A DNA stretch of 64,000 bases from Acutalibacteraceae bacterium (GTDB lineage Bacteria; Bacillota; Clostridia; Oscillospirales; Acutalibacteraceae): NCBI GenBank assembly GCA_045605425.1, contig JAZUQA010000012.1, positions 246 to 64,245 of the forward strand, given 5' to 3'. The notes below the pieces were generated by a model. That model worked only from the letters and a program-made list of their open reading frames with translations, did not search any database and was not told the origin of the DNA. The number at the start of each line of letters is the position of its first letter. Within the stretch, counting starts at the first letter, position 1. Made by a program: the position numbers and the translations under genes. Positions 43,695 through 53,950 of this stretch are shown here, in pieces.

Positions 43695-44693
43695 ATGGCT
43701 GTTACATTTGAAGGTAAAGAAAGAAGAATGGAAAAAATCGAGGCTTGCCTTGCTGAGTACGGTATCGAAAGCCTTGAAGCTGCCAGAGATCTCTGCCTCT
43801 CCAAGGGCATCGACGTCGAAGCAATCGTTAAGGGCACACAGCCCATTGCTTTCGAGAACGCTGTCTGGGCATACACTCTCGGTGTAGCTATCGCTCTTTC
43901 CAAGGGCACAACAAACGCTGCAGATGCTTCCGCTGATATCGGTATCGGCCTTCAGGCATTCTGTATTCCCGGTTCCGTTGCTGAAAACCGTAAGGTTGGT
44001 CTTGGCCACGGTAACCTTGGCTCAATGCTTCTCAAGGACGAAACAAAGTGCTTTGCATTCCTTGCAGGTCACGAGTCCTTTGCAGCAGCAGAAGGTGCAA
44101 TCAAAATCGCTCTTACCGCTAACAAGGTTCGTAAGGAGCCCCTTCGTGTTATCCTCAACGGTCTCGGTAAGGACGCTGCTATGATCATTTCCCGTATCAA
44201 CGGCTTCACCTATGTTGAAACCGAGTACGATTTCTACAAGGACGAGCTTACAGTTGTTAACACAACTCCTTACTCCGACGGCGACCGTGCTCTTGTTCGC
44301 TGCTTCGGCGCTAACGATGTTCTTGAAGGCGTTGCAATTATGAAGCACGAGGGTGTTGAGGTTTCCATCACCGGTAACTCCACCAACCCCACACGCTTCC
44401 AGCACCTTGTTGCAGGCACCTACAAGAAGTGGGCAATTGAAAACGGCAAGAGCTACTTCTCCGTTGCTTCCGGCGGCGGCACAGGCAGAACTCTTCACCC
44501 CGATAACGTTGCTGCAGGTCCTGCTTCCTACGGTCTTACAGACTCCATGGGCAGAATGCACGGCGACGCTCAGTTTGCTGGTTCTTCCTCTGTTCCTGCT
44601 CACGTTGAGATGATGGGTCTCATCGGTATGGGTAACAACCCGATGGTCGGCGCTACAGTTGCTTGCGCAGTTGCTGTTGCACAGGCTAAGTAA
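43695..44693 (+). CDS. GGGtGRT family protein (conserved, function unknown)
   Basis: 332 aa. Contains the eponymous motif SGGGTGRTLHPDNV. Confidence 0.75.
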   Translation: MAVTFEGKERRMEKIEACLAEYGIESLEAARDLCLSKGIDVEAIVKGTQPIAFENAVWAYTLGVAIALSKGTTNAADASADIGIGLQAFCIPGSVAENRKVGLGHGNLGSMLLKDETKCFAFLAGHESFAAAEGAIKIALTANKVRKEPLRVILNGLGKDAAMIISRINGFTYVETEYDFYKDELTVVNTTPYSDGDRALVRCFGANDVLEGVAIMKHEGVEVSITGNSTNPTRFQHLVAGTYKKWAIENGKSYFSVASGGGTGRTLHPDNVAAGPASYGLTDSMGRMHGDAQFAGSSSVPAHVEMMGLIGMGNNPMVGATVACAVAVAQAK

Positions 44694-44816
44694 TTTATCT
44701 TGCGTACACTGATTTTTCAGAGTCGCTAAAAAGCAACAATTTTCACGCTCATTGGGTGGCAAATTATGCTGCCCAATGAGTTGCCATTAAATTGGAAATT
44801 ATAAGGAGATATTAAA

Positions 44817-46052
44817 ATGAAAGCATTTAAGAGAGTTCTCGCAGTTATTCTTTCTCTTGTTATGGTTCTTTCCCTTACCTGCACAGCGTTTGCAGAGTCC
44901 GATTATTCCACACCCCCCACGGAAAGACTCCGTTTTGACTCCAAGGGCTACTTCCGTATCCTTCAGCTTGCAGACTGCCAGGACGGTATGCTTCCCCGCT
45001 ACGGTATGATTGAGTTCATCAAGAAGGCTCTTGATAAGTATAAGCCCGACCTTGTTGTTTTCACAGGTGACAACACAACCTCTATCAGCACTGAGTTCGA
45101 GGCAAAGCTGGCTATTGAAGCTATTATCAAGCCCGTAGCTGATGCAGGCGTTCCCTTTACCTTCGTTTTCGGCAACCACGATGCTGAGGACGTTTCCAAG
45201 GAATACCACTACAGCATTTATTCTCAGTACTCCAACTGCTACGCTTACGATGCAGTTCCCGAAATGTACGGTATGGGTACACACAACCTTCCCATCTACT
45301 CTGCAGACGGCAGCAAGGTTGCCTTCAACCTCTGGATGTTCGACTCCAATATGTACAATGAAAAGGGTAACTACGACCACATCCACGAAGACCAGCTTCA
45401 GTGGTATGTAGATGCTTCCAATACTCTCAAGGCACAGAACGGCGGCGAGGCAGTTCCCTCACTTGCATTCCAGCACATCGTTCCTAACGAGATTATGGAC
45501 TATGTTATCGAAACAGAAAAGGCTGACCCCAACGGCTTTACAACTACAAACAAAGAAACCGGTGAGACACACCACTATGCTCTCAACCCCGAGTACGCAG
45601 AAAAGGGCTCAATTCTGCAGGAGAGACCCTGCCCCGGTGAGTACGACAGCCAGCAGATGGAGCTCTTTGAGCAGCAGGGTGACGTTCTCGGCGTATTCGT
45701 AGGCCACGACCACGTTAACGACTACATAATCAACACAACCCTCAAGAACGCAAAGGGTGAGAGCATTGACATTGTCAACACACCCGGCTGCACATTCTCA
45801 TCTTACGGCGACGAGCTTATGAGAGGCTGCCGTATCATCGACCTCAACGAGAAGGATCCCTGGAACTACAAGACAGAGTCTCCTACATTCTTCAACGTTA
45901 TGGGTGACACAGAGGAAACACGTATGATGTCCTATTTCTCAAGAGAAATCGGCTGGTGGTACGTTGCAAAGGTTCTCGAGTTCATTCCCGAAATCGGTCC
46001 GGCACTTGCAGAGGGCTTCCTCAAGCTCGTTTACACACTTGCACATCTGTAA
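44817..46052 (+). CDS. Secreted metallophosphoesterase (calcineurin-like)
   Basis: Signal peptide. Motifs GDNT, GNHD, GHDHVND. Confidence 0.8.
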   Translation: MKAFKRVLAVILSLVMVLSLTCTAFAESDYSTPPTERLRFDSKGYFRILQLADCQDGMLPRYGMIEFIKKALDKYKPDLVVFTGDNTTSISTEFEAKLAIEAIIKPVADAGVPFTFVFGNHDAEDVSKEYHYSIYSQYSNCYAYDAVPEMYGMGTHNLPIYSADGSKVAFNLWMFDSNMYNEKGNYDHIHEDQLQWYVDASNTLKAQNGGEAVPSLAFQHIVPNEIMDYVIETEKADPNGFTTTNKETGETHHYALNPEYAEKGSILQERPCPGEYDSQQMELFEQQGDVLGVFVGHDHVNDYIINTTLKNAKGESIDIVNTPGCTFSSYGDELMRGCRIIDLNEKDPWNYKTESPTFFNVMGDTEETRMMSYFSREIGWWYVAKVLEFIPEIGPALAEGFLKLVYTLAHL

Positions 46053-46102
46053 GTTTTAAATCCGAAATATTGTAAAAATAAATAAGAAAGAGCGGTGAAA
46101 AA

Positions 46103-46810
46103 ATGGGAGCTTTTCTCGAAAGCGTTTTAAATTTCGACCTCTCCGTTTTCAGTGCAGTTTTCTCAATCAGAACAGGCTTTCTTGATACTGTTCTGAACGT
46201 TATCACAACTATAGGCGACGGCTGGGCATTCCCGCTTATTGCCGTTATACTTCTTCTTTTCAAGAAGACACGCAAGCTCGGTATGGTTATTCTCGGTGCG
46301 CTTGGCGTAATGCTCGTTATCAACAACGAAATTCTCAAGCCCGTCATTGCAAGAATCCGTCCCTGCTATATTTTCGACCTTGAGGCTCTTATGAGCAACA
46401 AGGAAGCCTTTGTCAGCGGCGGTAAGGAAGAAATGTTCAACGAAATTTACGAGCGTGTAAAGGCAGGCATTGCCGCAGCACCCGAAATGGCTGCAAAGTG
46501 GGTTCAGGCATACACCTTCCCCGGTGTTGACCATATGCCCACAAGCTGGTCCTTCCCCTCGGGTCACACCTCTTCCTCCTTCGCAGCTGCAACAGCAGTG
46601 TTCTCCGTTAACAAAAAGTGGGGTATCCCTGCTTACGTCTTTGCCGCAATCGTTGGCTTCTCCCGCATTTACCTCGGTGTTCACTACTGCACCGACGTTC
46701 TTGCAGGCGCAGTCCTCGGCGTAGTTTACGGCATAATCGGTGTTCTTGTTGTTTCCCTTATCATCAAGGCACTCAAGAAGAACGAAAAAACAGCAAAGTT
46801 TTTCGAATAA
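46103..46810 (+). CDS. PAP2-family phosphatase (membrane)
   Basis: KPVIARIRP, PSGHTSS, SRIYLGVHYCTD. Confidence 0.85.
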   Translation: MGAFLESVLNFDLSVFSAVFSIRTGFLDTVLNVITTIGDGWAFPLIAVILLLFKKTRKLGMVILGALGVMLVINNEILKPVIARIRPCYIFDLEALMSNKEAFVSGGKEEMFNEIYERVKAGIAAAPEMAAKWVQAYTFPGVDHMPTSWSFPSGHTSSSFAAATAVFSVNKKWGIPAYVFAAIVGFSRIYLGVHYCTDVLAGAVLGVVYGIIGVLVVSLIIKALKKNEKTAKFFE

Positions 46811-46829
46811 TCAGAAAGGAAGTATTGTT

Positions 46830-47402
46830 ATGAACAAACCTGTTCTTATAGAAACCTCTGCACGTCACGTTCACGTTTCCCGTGAGCATCTTGATATACT
46901 CTTCGGTGAGGGCTATGAGCTTACCTGCAAGAAGGAGCTTTCCCAGCCCGGTCAGTACGCTTGCGAAGAGCGTGTAGCAGTTGTCGGCCCCAAGGGCAGC
47001 TTTGCCGCTGTTTCAATCCTTGGCCCCGTCAGACCTGCAACTCAGGTTGAAATCTCCGCTTCGGACGCACGTTCAATCGGCGTTGCTGCTCCCGTTCGTG
47101 AGAGCGGCGACACAGCAGGCAGCGGTGCTTGCAAGCTCGTCGGCCCCAAGGGTGAAGTTGAAATTACAGAAGGCGTTATCGTTGCAAAGCGCCACATCCA
47201 CGCAACTCCCGAGGATGGCGAAAAGTACGGCATTAAGGATAAGGAAATCGTTTCCGTTAAGGTTGAGTCCAACGGCAGAAGCCTTGTATTCGGCGATGTT
47301 GTTGTCCGCCTTAACCCCAATTTCAGCCTTGCAATGCACATTGATACTGACGAATCCAATGCAGCAGGCTGCACACCCGGTATGATGGGCGAGATTTGCT
47401 AA
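46830..47402 (+). CDS. pduL: Phosphate propanoyltransferase / phosphotransacylase PduL
   Basis: Start MNKPVLIETSARHVHVS. Duplicated motifs ARHVHVS and KRHIHATPED. The upstream ORF-track extension overlaps the PAP2 gene. Confidence 0.85.
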   Translation: MNKPVLIETSARHVHVSREHLDILFGEGYELTCKKELSQPGQYACEERVAVVGPKGSFAAVSILGPVRPATQVEISASDARSIGVAAPVRESGDTAGSGACKLVGPKGEVEITEGVIVAKRHIHATPEDGEKYGIKDKEIVSVKVESNGRSLVFGDVVVRLNPNFSLAMHIDTDESNAAGCTPGMMGEIC

Positions 47403-47463
47403 TCACCACATAAAATTAACAGCTCAACCGATTGATTTCGGTTGAGCTGTTTTTTGTGTTTTT

Positions 47464-47545
47464 AAAGAATAAATAATAAAGAAGAAATAAGAAAGAATAA
47501 ATATTTTTTCTTTATTCTTTATTAATTATTATTTCTTCTTTATTT
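47464..47545. repeat. AT-rich heptamer-repeat palindrome without a GC core
   Basis: aaagaat aaataat aaagaag aaataag aaagaat faces a T-rich complement (tttattc tttatta ...). Lies directly after the pduL terminator (47420..47455). Confidence 0.5.
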
Positions 47546-48379
47546 GTACCTGTATGCCCTTACATAATCAACTATAAACTCCGACGGGAGGCAATCGTTT
47601 TTACTCATATCGCCTGCCCAGGATTTGGGGTCGGGTGCGCCGTTTGAGCCGCCGACCTCTACGGAAAGGATGAGATATTCGGGTGTTTGCGAAGTACCGC
47701 CGAAGGAGGTTCTGCCCGTTTCCACACCGTTTATGTAGAAGATGTATTCGTCCTCGTTCCATTCAAGGCCGTAGGTGTTGTATTCCTCGTAGGGGTTGTT
47801 TGCCTTGAAATTGCCGACACGCTTGCTTTTCAGGTCTTCACCGTAGCCGTCGTAGTGGACGTTGGAGGTTATGCAGTCACGCTTGAAAAGCTTTTTGCCG
47901 TAGTAGGGGGATTCAAAAATATCAATTTCTGCGCCGTCCATGCCCGAGCCGTCAACATTCGCCATTGTGTGCGAATTCATCCAGAATGCTGCCCACTGCC
48001 CCGTGCCCTTTGGCAGAATACAGCGGATTTCAAAATAGCCGTAAGTCTGCTCGTACAAATCCCTTGTCAGAAGTATCTGCGAGTAGTAGCCTGCAGGGCA
48101 GCCGCCTGCGCCTTCTTCAAGATATTTTGTGTAAATGTGAAGGTTGCCGTCCTTGACCTCAACCATACTCTTATGCAGGTAACCGCCCTTGCGGACGAGT
48201 GCCTTGTCCGTGTTGCCGTTAAGGCCCTGCCACTTGGTGGTGTCGAGGGTATCGCCCTCAAATTCGTCTTTCCATTCGAGCACGAAATCGTCAAGATTGA
48301 TTTCCTTTTTCTGCAAGCCCAGAAGACCGCCGAAAAACGTAAAGATCGCCATAAAAGCAGCTATTATGGACTGAAACAT
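47540..48379 (-). CDS. Glycoside hydrolase family 16 (beta-glucanase/laminarinase-like), membrane-anchored
   Basis: 279 aa with an N-terminal TM/signal. Catalytic motif GAEIDIFE. Confidence 0.8.
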   Translation of the reverse strand: MFQSIIAAFMAIFTFFGGLLGLQKKEINLDDFVLEWKDEFEGDTLDTTKWQGLNGNTDKALVRKGGYLHKSMVEVKDGNLHIYTKYLEEGAGGCPAGYYSQILLTRDLYEQTYGYFEIRCILPKGTGQWAAFWMNSHTMANVDGSGMDGAEIDIFESPYYGKKLFKRDCITSNVHYDGYGEDLKSKRVGNFKANNPYEEYNTYGLEWNEDEYIFYINGVETGRTSFGGTSQTPEYLILSVEVGGSNGAPDPKSWAGDMSKNDCLPSEFIVDYVRAYRYK

Positions 48380-48507
48380 AGGCGTAACCTCCGATATATT
48401 ATATACCTTTATATTACAATATGAAAATATGCTTTGTCAATCTCAACAAGATATTAATCTGTTTCAGGATTTTGTTAACAAATATTTAACAAATTTATTT
48501 CAGGGAG

Positions 48508-48536
48508 TTGAAAGTGATAGTGTATTTTGGTATAAT
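48508..48536 (+). promoter_or_regulatory. Putative sigma-70 promoter of the MMPL transporter gene
   Basis: TTGAAA (48508..48513), 17-nt spacer, TATAAT (48531..48536). The palindrome ttgttaacaaatatttaacaa lies upstream (about 48472..48492). Confidence 0.5.
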
Positions 48537-48581
48537 ACTAAATGGTACAAAAGGGAAATTTCATAGAAGGGAAAATAGGAA

Positions 48582-51500
48582 ATGCTAAAAAAGATAGCAG
48601 GCTTTATTGTTGACAAACGAAAGCTGCTGCTCATTGCCGCTGCGGTTATCTGCGTAATAAGCGCCGTGCTGTTAACGCAGGTAGAGGTCAATGACGATAT
48701 GACGAAATACCTTGCAGAAGATTCGCCGATGAAAATCGGTCTGGATATAATGAACGAGGAATTTCCTGCCGCACCGACCGTGCAATCGGTAAGAGTTATG
48801 TTCGAGAACCTGCCCGAGGGGGAATGGGCAGCGGTGCTTGAACGGCTTGAAAAAATGGAGTTTGTTTCAAGCGTTACTTACGATGAAAACAGTAAGTACC
48901 ACAATATAGACGGGTACACGCTTTATGTTCTGAACACGGACTATGCCTACGACAGCGAGGAATTTGCCGCCATTGAAACGGCACTCGAAGAAGGGGTTTC
49001 GGGCTACGATTACCAATGGCGAAGCAACGAAATTGCCGCAATGCCCGATTTGCCGATATGGATTCTCCTTGCGGCTGTTGCGATACTGCTCATAATTCTG
49101 TTTGTTATGTGCGGCTCGTGGATTGAGCCCTTGCTCTTCCTTGGCGTAATAGGTGTTGCCGTGCTTATCAATATGGGTACAAATATTGTGCTCGGCAGCG
49201 TTTCAACAATAACGTTTTCAATTGCGTCTATCTTACAGCTCGTTCTGTCGATGGACTATTCGATTATTCTCATTAACCGCTACAGGCAGGAAAAGCAAAA
49301 GAGCAGGGACAACATAAAGGCTATGAAAAAGGCTCTTCGCCGTGCCTTCCCGTCAATCGCTTCCAGCGCTATGACTACCGTTGTGGGCTTGCTTGCGCTC
49401 GTGTTTATGAGCTTTAAAATCGGTATGGATTTAGGTATTGTGCTTGCAAAGGGCGTTGCTGTAAGTATGCTCTGCGTTGTCACAATTCTGCCCGGTATAA
49501 TTCTTGCCTGCGATAAGCTGATTGTAAAAACAGCCAAAAAAGAGCTTCACATTCCCACCGGCGGTGCAGGCAGACTCAGCTACCGCCTGCGTCACATAAT
49601 TGCCGGCGTTTTCGTTGTGCTTTTTGTGGGCAGCTATATTCTGCAGAATATGACGGGCATAGTCTATACTCTTGCCGACGAAGACCCGATTGCAGACGTT
49701 TTTCCGCTTGAAAGCCAGCTTGTCGTGGTTTATGAAACCAAGGATGAGCAGGCAGTTTCAAGCCTTGCCGCAGAAGTTGAAAAGGATGAAAACGTAGTGT
49801 CCGTTATGGGCTATTCAACAATACTCAACAGACCCTATACCTCCGATAAGCTGCTCACTGCCGTTTCGGCTATGGCGGGTGACGTACCGCTTGACGAGAG
49901 TGTAATAAAAATGCTCTATTACGATTATTATACGGGCGGCGAAACGGGCAAAATCACCGTCGGCGATTTCTTAAAGTTTGTAAGCGAAAACGTTGTCGGC
50001 AACGAGCTTTTCGCTTCATATATTGATGCGGATAAAATGGGTGACAGCCTTGATATGATAGGCAATTTCACCGACGCAAAGGCACTCACAACTCCTATGA
50101 ACAGCCGTGAAATTTCCGAGCTTTTCGGTATGCCCGAAAAGGATATAAGGGATTTGTATCTGCTTTATTTCACAACCAACGGCGGCGTTGACACGGGCAC
50201 TATGAGCGTGCCGGTTTTCGCCGATTTCGTGCTCAATGAAGTTTCACAGAATAAAACCTACAGCGCATTTTTTGATGAAGAAACCAAGGCTCAGCTTTCC
50301 TCGCTTTCAATGTTTACAAAGCCCGAGGAGCTCACAAATCCCGTAACTTATTCTGAAATTGCAGAATTTCTCGGTCAGGACGAGGAAACGGCAAGAATGC
50401 TCTTTGCCTATTACCACGCATTTGAAAACGGCAGGCTCAACACAATACGTCTGCTTTCAATGATGAATGAAATCAACGCTGAAACGGCAAAGGATTATAA
50501 GCTCTCTGTACAGACTGTTGTCAACTTCCTTTCCGACAACAAAGAGAGCCTCGGCGATATGATGGACGAGGCACAGGCGGCACAGATTGCCACGGCAAAA
50601 ACAATGGTTAACGCCTGCATTGATGGCACTCAATACAAGCCGGGTGAGCTTGCAGCCCTTACAGGTATGGAAAAGAGCCAGGCTCAGCAGCTTTACCTGC
50701 TCTATGTAAGCAGTCACGGTGACACATCCTCTTGGAAAATGAGCGTTGAGCAGTTTATTGCCTTCCTCAATTCTGATGTGCTTACAAACCCCGATTATGC
50801 AAGTATGATTGACGGTGAAACCGCGTCAATGCTTAACGCCGCCGAAACTGTCATTTCTTCAGTTATTGAGGGCAAGGAATACTCCGCTGCCGAAATGTCG
50901 GATATGCTTGGCGGTATGAGCGATATGCTCACCCCCGAAATGATGGAGCTTGCCTACATCTTCAAGGCAGGTATCGATTCAAGCGACCCCGAATGGACTA
51001 TGTCCATTGAGCAGATGTTCAACCACCTTGTAAACGATATGGTTAAGGACCCCCGTTTCGATGCGGTTATTGACACCTCGACAAGAGATATGCTCTCCTC
51101 TGCACAGACACAGCTTTCCGACGGCAAGCTGCAGCTTGTTTCGCCCGATTATTCCCGAATGATAATAAATAATGTTTATCCGGATGAGTCGGAAGAAACG
51201 ACAGCCTTCATTGAAAATCTTCACGCAACACTTGGTGAAAGCTTAAGCGGTGAATACTACCTTGTCGGCAACAGCGCAATGAACTACGAAATGCAGCAGA
51301 CCTTTGACAAGGAGCTGCTCTTCATCACGGCGCTGACTATAATTGCTATATTTATAGTTGTTGCAATTACCTTCCGCTCTCTTGTTGTTCCTGCCGTGCT
51401 CGTGCTTCTTGTTCAGTGCGGTGTTTATATCACGGTTGCCTTCCTCGGTTTACAGGGCAGCACGATTTACTATCTTGCGCTGCTGATTGTCGAATGTATC

Positions 51501-51848
51501 CTTATGGGCTCGACGATAGACTACGGTATTCTGTTTACAAACTACTACCGTGAAAGCCGCCGTAAAATGCCGAAGAAGGAGTCGCTTGAGGCAGCGTATG
51601 CCGGCTCAATACACACGATTATGACCTCTGGTCTGATTATGATACTGGTTACTGCTATTGTCGGCAAATTCTTTGAAAACCCGACAATCGGCCAGATTTG
51701 CACCACCATTTCAATCGGCAGCTTCAGCGCCGTACTGCTCATTCTTGTTGTCCTGCCCGGTATGCTCGGCAGCCTCGACAGGTTTGTTGCAGGCAAGGAC
51801 AGACTAAAGCCCGAAAAGAAAAAAGACGATATAAAACAGAAGAGATAA
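48582..51848 (+). CDS. MMPL/RND-superfamily membrane transporter
   Basis: 1088 aa. Two blocks of about 6 TM helices, each preceded by a large extracytoplasmic domain. Confidence 0.75.
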   Translation: MLKKIAGFIVDKRKLLLIAAAVICVISAVLLTQVEVNDDMTKYLAEDSPMKIGLDIMNEEFPAAPTVQSVRVMFENLPEGEWAAVLERLEKMEFVSSVTYDENSKYHNIDGYTLYVLNTDYAYDSEEFAAIETALEEGVSGYDYQWRSNEIAAMPDLPIWILLAAVAILLIILFVMCGSWIEPLLFLGVIGVAVLINMGTNIVLGSVSTITFSIASILQLVLSMDYSIILINRYRQEKQKSRDNIKAMKKALRRAFPSIASSAMTTVVGLLALVFMSFKIGMDLGIVLAKGVAVSMLCVVTILPGIILACDKLIVKTAKKELHIPTGGAGRLSYRLRHIIAGVFVVLFVGSYILQNMTGIVYTLADEDPIADVFPLESQLVVVYETKDEQAVSSLAAEVEKDENVVSVMGYSTILNRPYTSDKLLTAVSAMAGDVPLDESVIKMLYYDYYTGGETGKITVGDFLKFVSENVVGNELFASYIDADKMGDSLDMIGNFTDAKALTTPMNSREISELFGMPEKDIRDLYLLYFTTNGGVDTGTMSVPVFADFVLNEVSQNKTYSAFFDEETKAQLSSLSMFTKPEELTNPVTYSEIAEFLGQDEETARMLFAYYHAFENGRLNTIRLLSMMNEINAETAKDYKLSVQTVVNFLSDNKESLGDMMDEAQAAQIATAKTMVNACIDGTQYKPGELAALTGMEKSQAQQLYLLYVSSHGDTSSWKMSVEQFIAFLNSDVLTNPDYASMIDGETASMLNAAETVISSVIEGKEYSAAEMSDMLGGMSDMLTPEMMELAYIFKAGIDSSDPEWTMSIEQMFNHLVNDMVKDPRFDAVIDTSTRDMLSSAQTQLSDGKLQLVSPDYSRMIINNVYPDESEETTAFIENLHATLGESLSGEYYLVGNSAMNYEMQQTFDKELLFITALTIIAIFIVVAITFRSLVVPAVLVLLVQCGVYITVAFLGLQGSTIYYLALLIVECILMGSTIDYGILFTNYYRESRRKMPKKESLEAAYAGSIHTIMTSGLIMILVTAIVGKFFENPTIGQICTTISIGSFSAVLLILVVLPGMLGSLDRFVAGKDRLKPEKKKDDIKQKR

Positions 51849-51891
51849 CCTTAAAAAAACCGCTGAGTTTTCAGCGGTTTTTTTCTGAAAA

Positions 51892-52055
51892 GTGAATAAT
51901 GAATAATGAAGTCGCTAACGCTGATGAATAATGAATAATTAAGGAAGGGCTACGCCCTTGCTCATCATTATATATTCGGACGCGGGTGTCCCGCCCACAA
52001 TTATTCATTATTCACTATTCATTATTCATTCGCAACAATTTTTATTGTTGCGATA
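51892..52055 (+). repeat. Intergenic palindromic element, copy C (core 51947..51996)
   Basis: gaataat heptamer arm, core gggctacgcccttgctcatcattatatattcggacgcgggtgtcccgccc, attattc heptamer arm, 3' hairpin cgcaacaatttttattgttgcg followed by ataaaccgt (compare copy A). Confidence 0.7.
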
Positions 52056-52129
52056 AACCGTAAGTTGTTTGACTTTTTTATACTATAATGTATAATAAGA
52101 ATTTAGCATTATTAAAAGGAGGCGAGAGG

Positions 52130-53950
52130 ATGAGGGCAACTGTTGATTTCAAGGCGAAGGCGCATATTTTCCGCAACACGGCTTTTATGCTTAAATGCGG
52201 TCTGAAATGCGCTCCCGTATCTATGTTCCTTATTCTTTCTGCATATATAGCCGAAAACGTTTATTATTCCGTTGTGGTCAGCGTTATGTTTCTGCAGACC
52301 GCACTTGAAATAATCGAGGGCAACGGCAGCTTTAAGGAGTTTGTAATAAAAATCGGTCTTATAATTCTTGGTAAACTGATTATTGACCTTTATGCTTACA
52401 TTGATTTTCACCCCGTCAGAGAGCGGTTTGAAATCAAGTGCGAGGGCTACATAAACAATATGATATTCAAAAAGGCTCAGCAGGTGGAGCTTGCCTGCTA
52501 TGAGGACCCCGACTTTTTTGACAACTACAACCGTGCTACCTGGCTTGTTGAAAGAGGCGGCTACAAGCGCATTATCGAGGGTACGGGATGGACTCTGGGC
52601 TCGGTTGTGAGTATTGTTGTGCTTGCGGTTTACCTCTGGCAGCTTGACCCTGTCCTGCTTGCCTTTGTGGCTTGTCCCTTGCTGGTTATGTTTTTCCGTA
52701 TCAGGCGCAACGCTGTGGAGTTTGCCCGTGAAAAGGAAATGACACCCTTTGAAAGGCAGAAGGATTATACAAGAAGAACTGTTCTTCTCAAAGACTTTGC
52801 AAAAGAAATCAAGACCACCGATATTTTCACCGTTGTCAAGCGCCGTTTTAAGCAGGCGATTGACGACAATATGCGTGTTATAAAAAAGTACGGCTGGCGC
52901 ATAGCCGTGCTTGAAGCGTTGAGCGACTTTTTCGGCGAGGTTATTCCCGTTGGCGGCGGCTTCGGCTACGGCTGTTACAGACTTATTGTACTCGAAAACC
53001 TTGCAATTTCGGATTTTTCCGTGCTCGTTGCGGCAATAACGAACTGCCGTAACAAGTTAAACCAGCTTGCACACTATTTCACAATGCAGCAAAAGCACTG
53101 CCTGTGGGTGCAGAATCTGCGTGAATTCCTCGAATATGAGCCGAAAATCAAAAGCGGCGAAATTGCTCCGGGCGAATTTGAAAGCCTTGAATTCCGTAAC
53201 GTTTCCTTCCGCTATTCCGAGAAAAAGGATTACACCCTCAAAAATGTTTCCTTTAAAATTAACAGAGGCGAAAGCATAGCCGTTGTCGGTCACAACGGCG
53301 CAGGCAAAACCACGCTCTCAAAGCTGATGATGCGCCTTTATGATGTGACGGAAGGCGAAATTCTCTATAACGGCATTAACATAAAGGAATATGATTTGCT
53401 GAAATACCGTGAAAGGTTTGCAAGCGTTTTTCAGGATTACAGAATTTTTGCAATGACCGTTGCGGAAAACGTGCTTATCCAAGAGGTGGACGAAAGCAAT
53501 ATTTCCGTTGCACAAAAAGCACTTGAAATGAGCGGTGTTGCGGATAAAATTGCAAGCCTGCCCGAAGGAATAAACAACCTTCTTACCAAGGAATTTGACG
53601 AAAACGGAGCAGCTCTTTCGGGCGGCGAAAGCCAGAAAGTGACCATAGCCAGAATGTTAGCTAAGCAGTTTGATCTGGCTATTCTTGATGAGCCCTCCTC
53701 TGCGCTTGACCCCGTTGCGGAATCTAAAATGTACGATAACCTGATGGAAGGCACAAAGGGTAAAACAGTTGTCTATATTTCCCACCGCCTTTCAAGTGCC
53801 ACACGAAGCGATAATATTCTCGTTTTCTCCGACGGTGAGCTGATTGAGCAGGGCACACACGAGGCGCTTATGGCACTCGACGGCGAATACTGCAGAATGT
53901 TCACGCTCCAGGCCTCCGGCTACAGAGAGGAGGGTGAGGACAATGAGTAA
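52130..53950 (+). CDS. ABC transporter ATP-binding/permease fusion protein
   Basis: The ATG at 52130 follows AAAGGAGG; the track start at 52088 lies in the promoter. Walker A GHNGAGKTT, signature LSGGESQK, Walker B LAILDEPS. Confidence 0.9.
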   Translation: MRATVDFKAKAHIFRNTAFMLKCGLKCAPVSMFLILSAYIAENVYYSVVVSVMFLQTALEIIEGNGSFKEFVIKIGLIILGKLIIDLYAYIDFHPVRERFEIKCEGYINNMIFKKAQQVELACYEDPDFFDNYNRATWLVERGGYKRIIEGTGWTLGSVVSIVVLAVYLWQLDPVLLAFVACPLLVMFFRIRRNAVEFAREKEMTPFERQKDYTRRTVLLKDFAKEIKTTDIFTVVKRRFKQAIDDNMRVIKKYGWRIAVLEALSDFFGEVIPVGGGFGYGCYRLIVLENLAISDFSVLVAAITNCRNKLNQLAHYFTMQQKHCLWVQNLREFLEYEPKIKSGEIAPGEFESLEFRNVSFRYSEKKDYTLKNVSFKINRGESIAVVGHNGAGKTTLSKLMMRLYDVTEGEILYNGINIKEYDLLKYRERFASVFQDYRIFAMTVAENVLIQEVDESNISVAQKALEMSGVADKIASLPEGINNLLTKEFDENGAALSGGESQKVTIARMLAKQFDLAILDEPSSALDPVAESKMYDNLMEGTKGKTVVYISHRLSSATRSDNILVFSDGELIEQGTHEALMALDGEYCRMFTLQASGYREEGEDNE

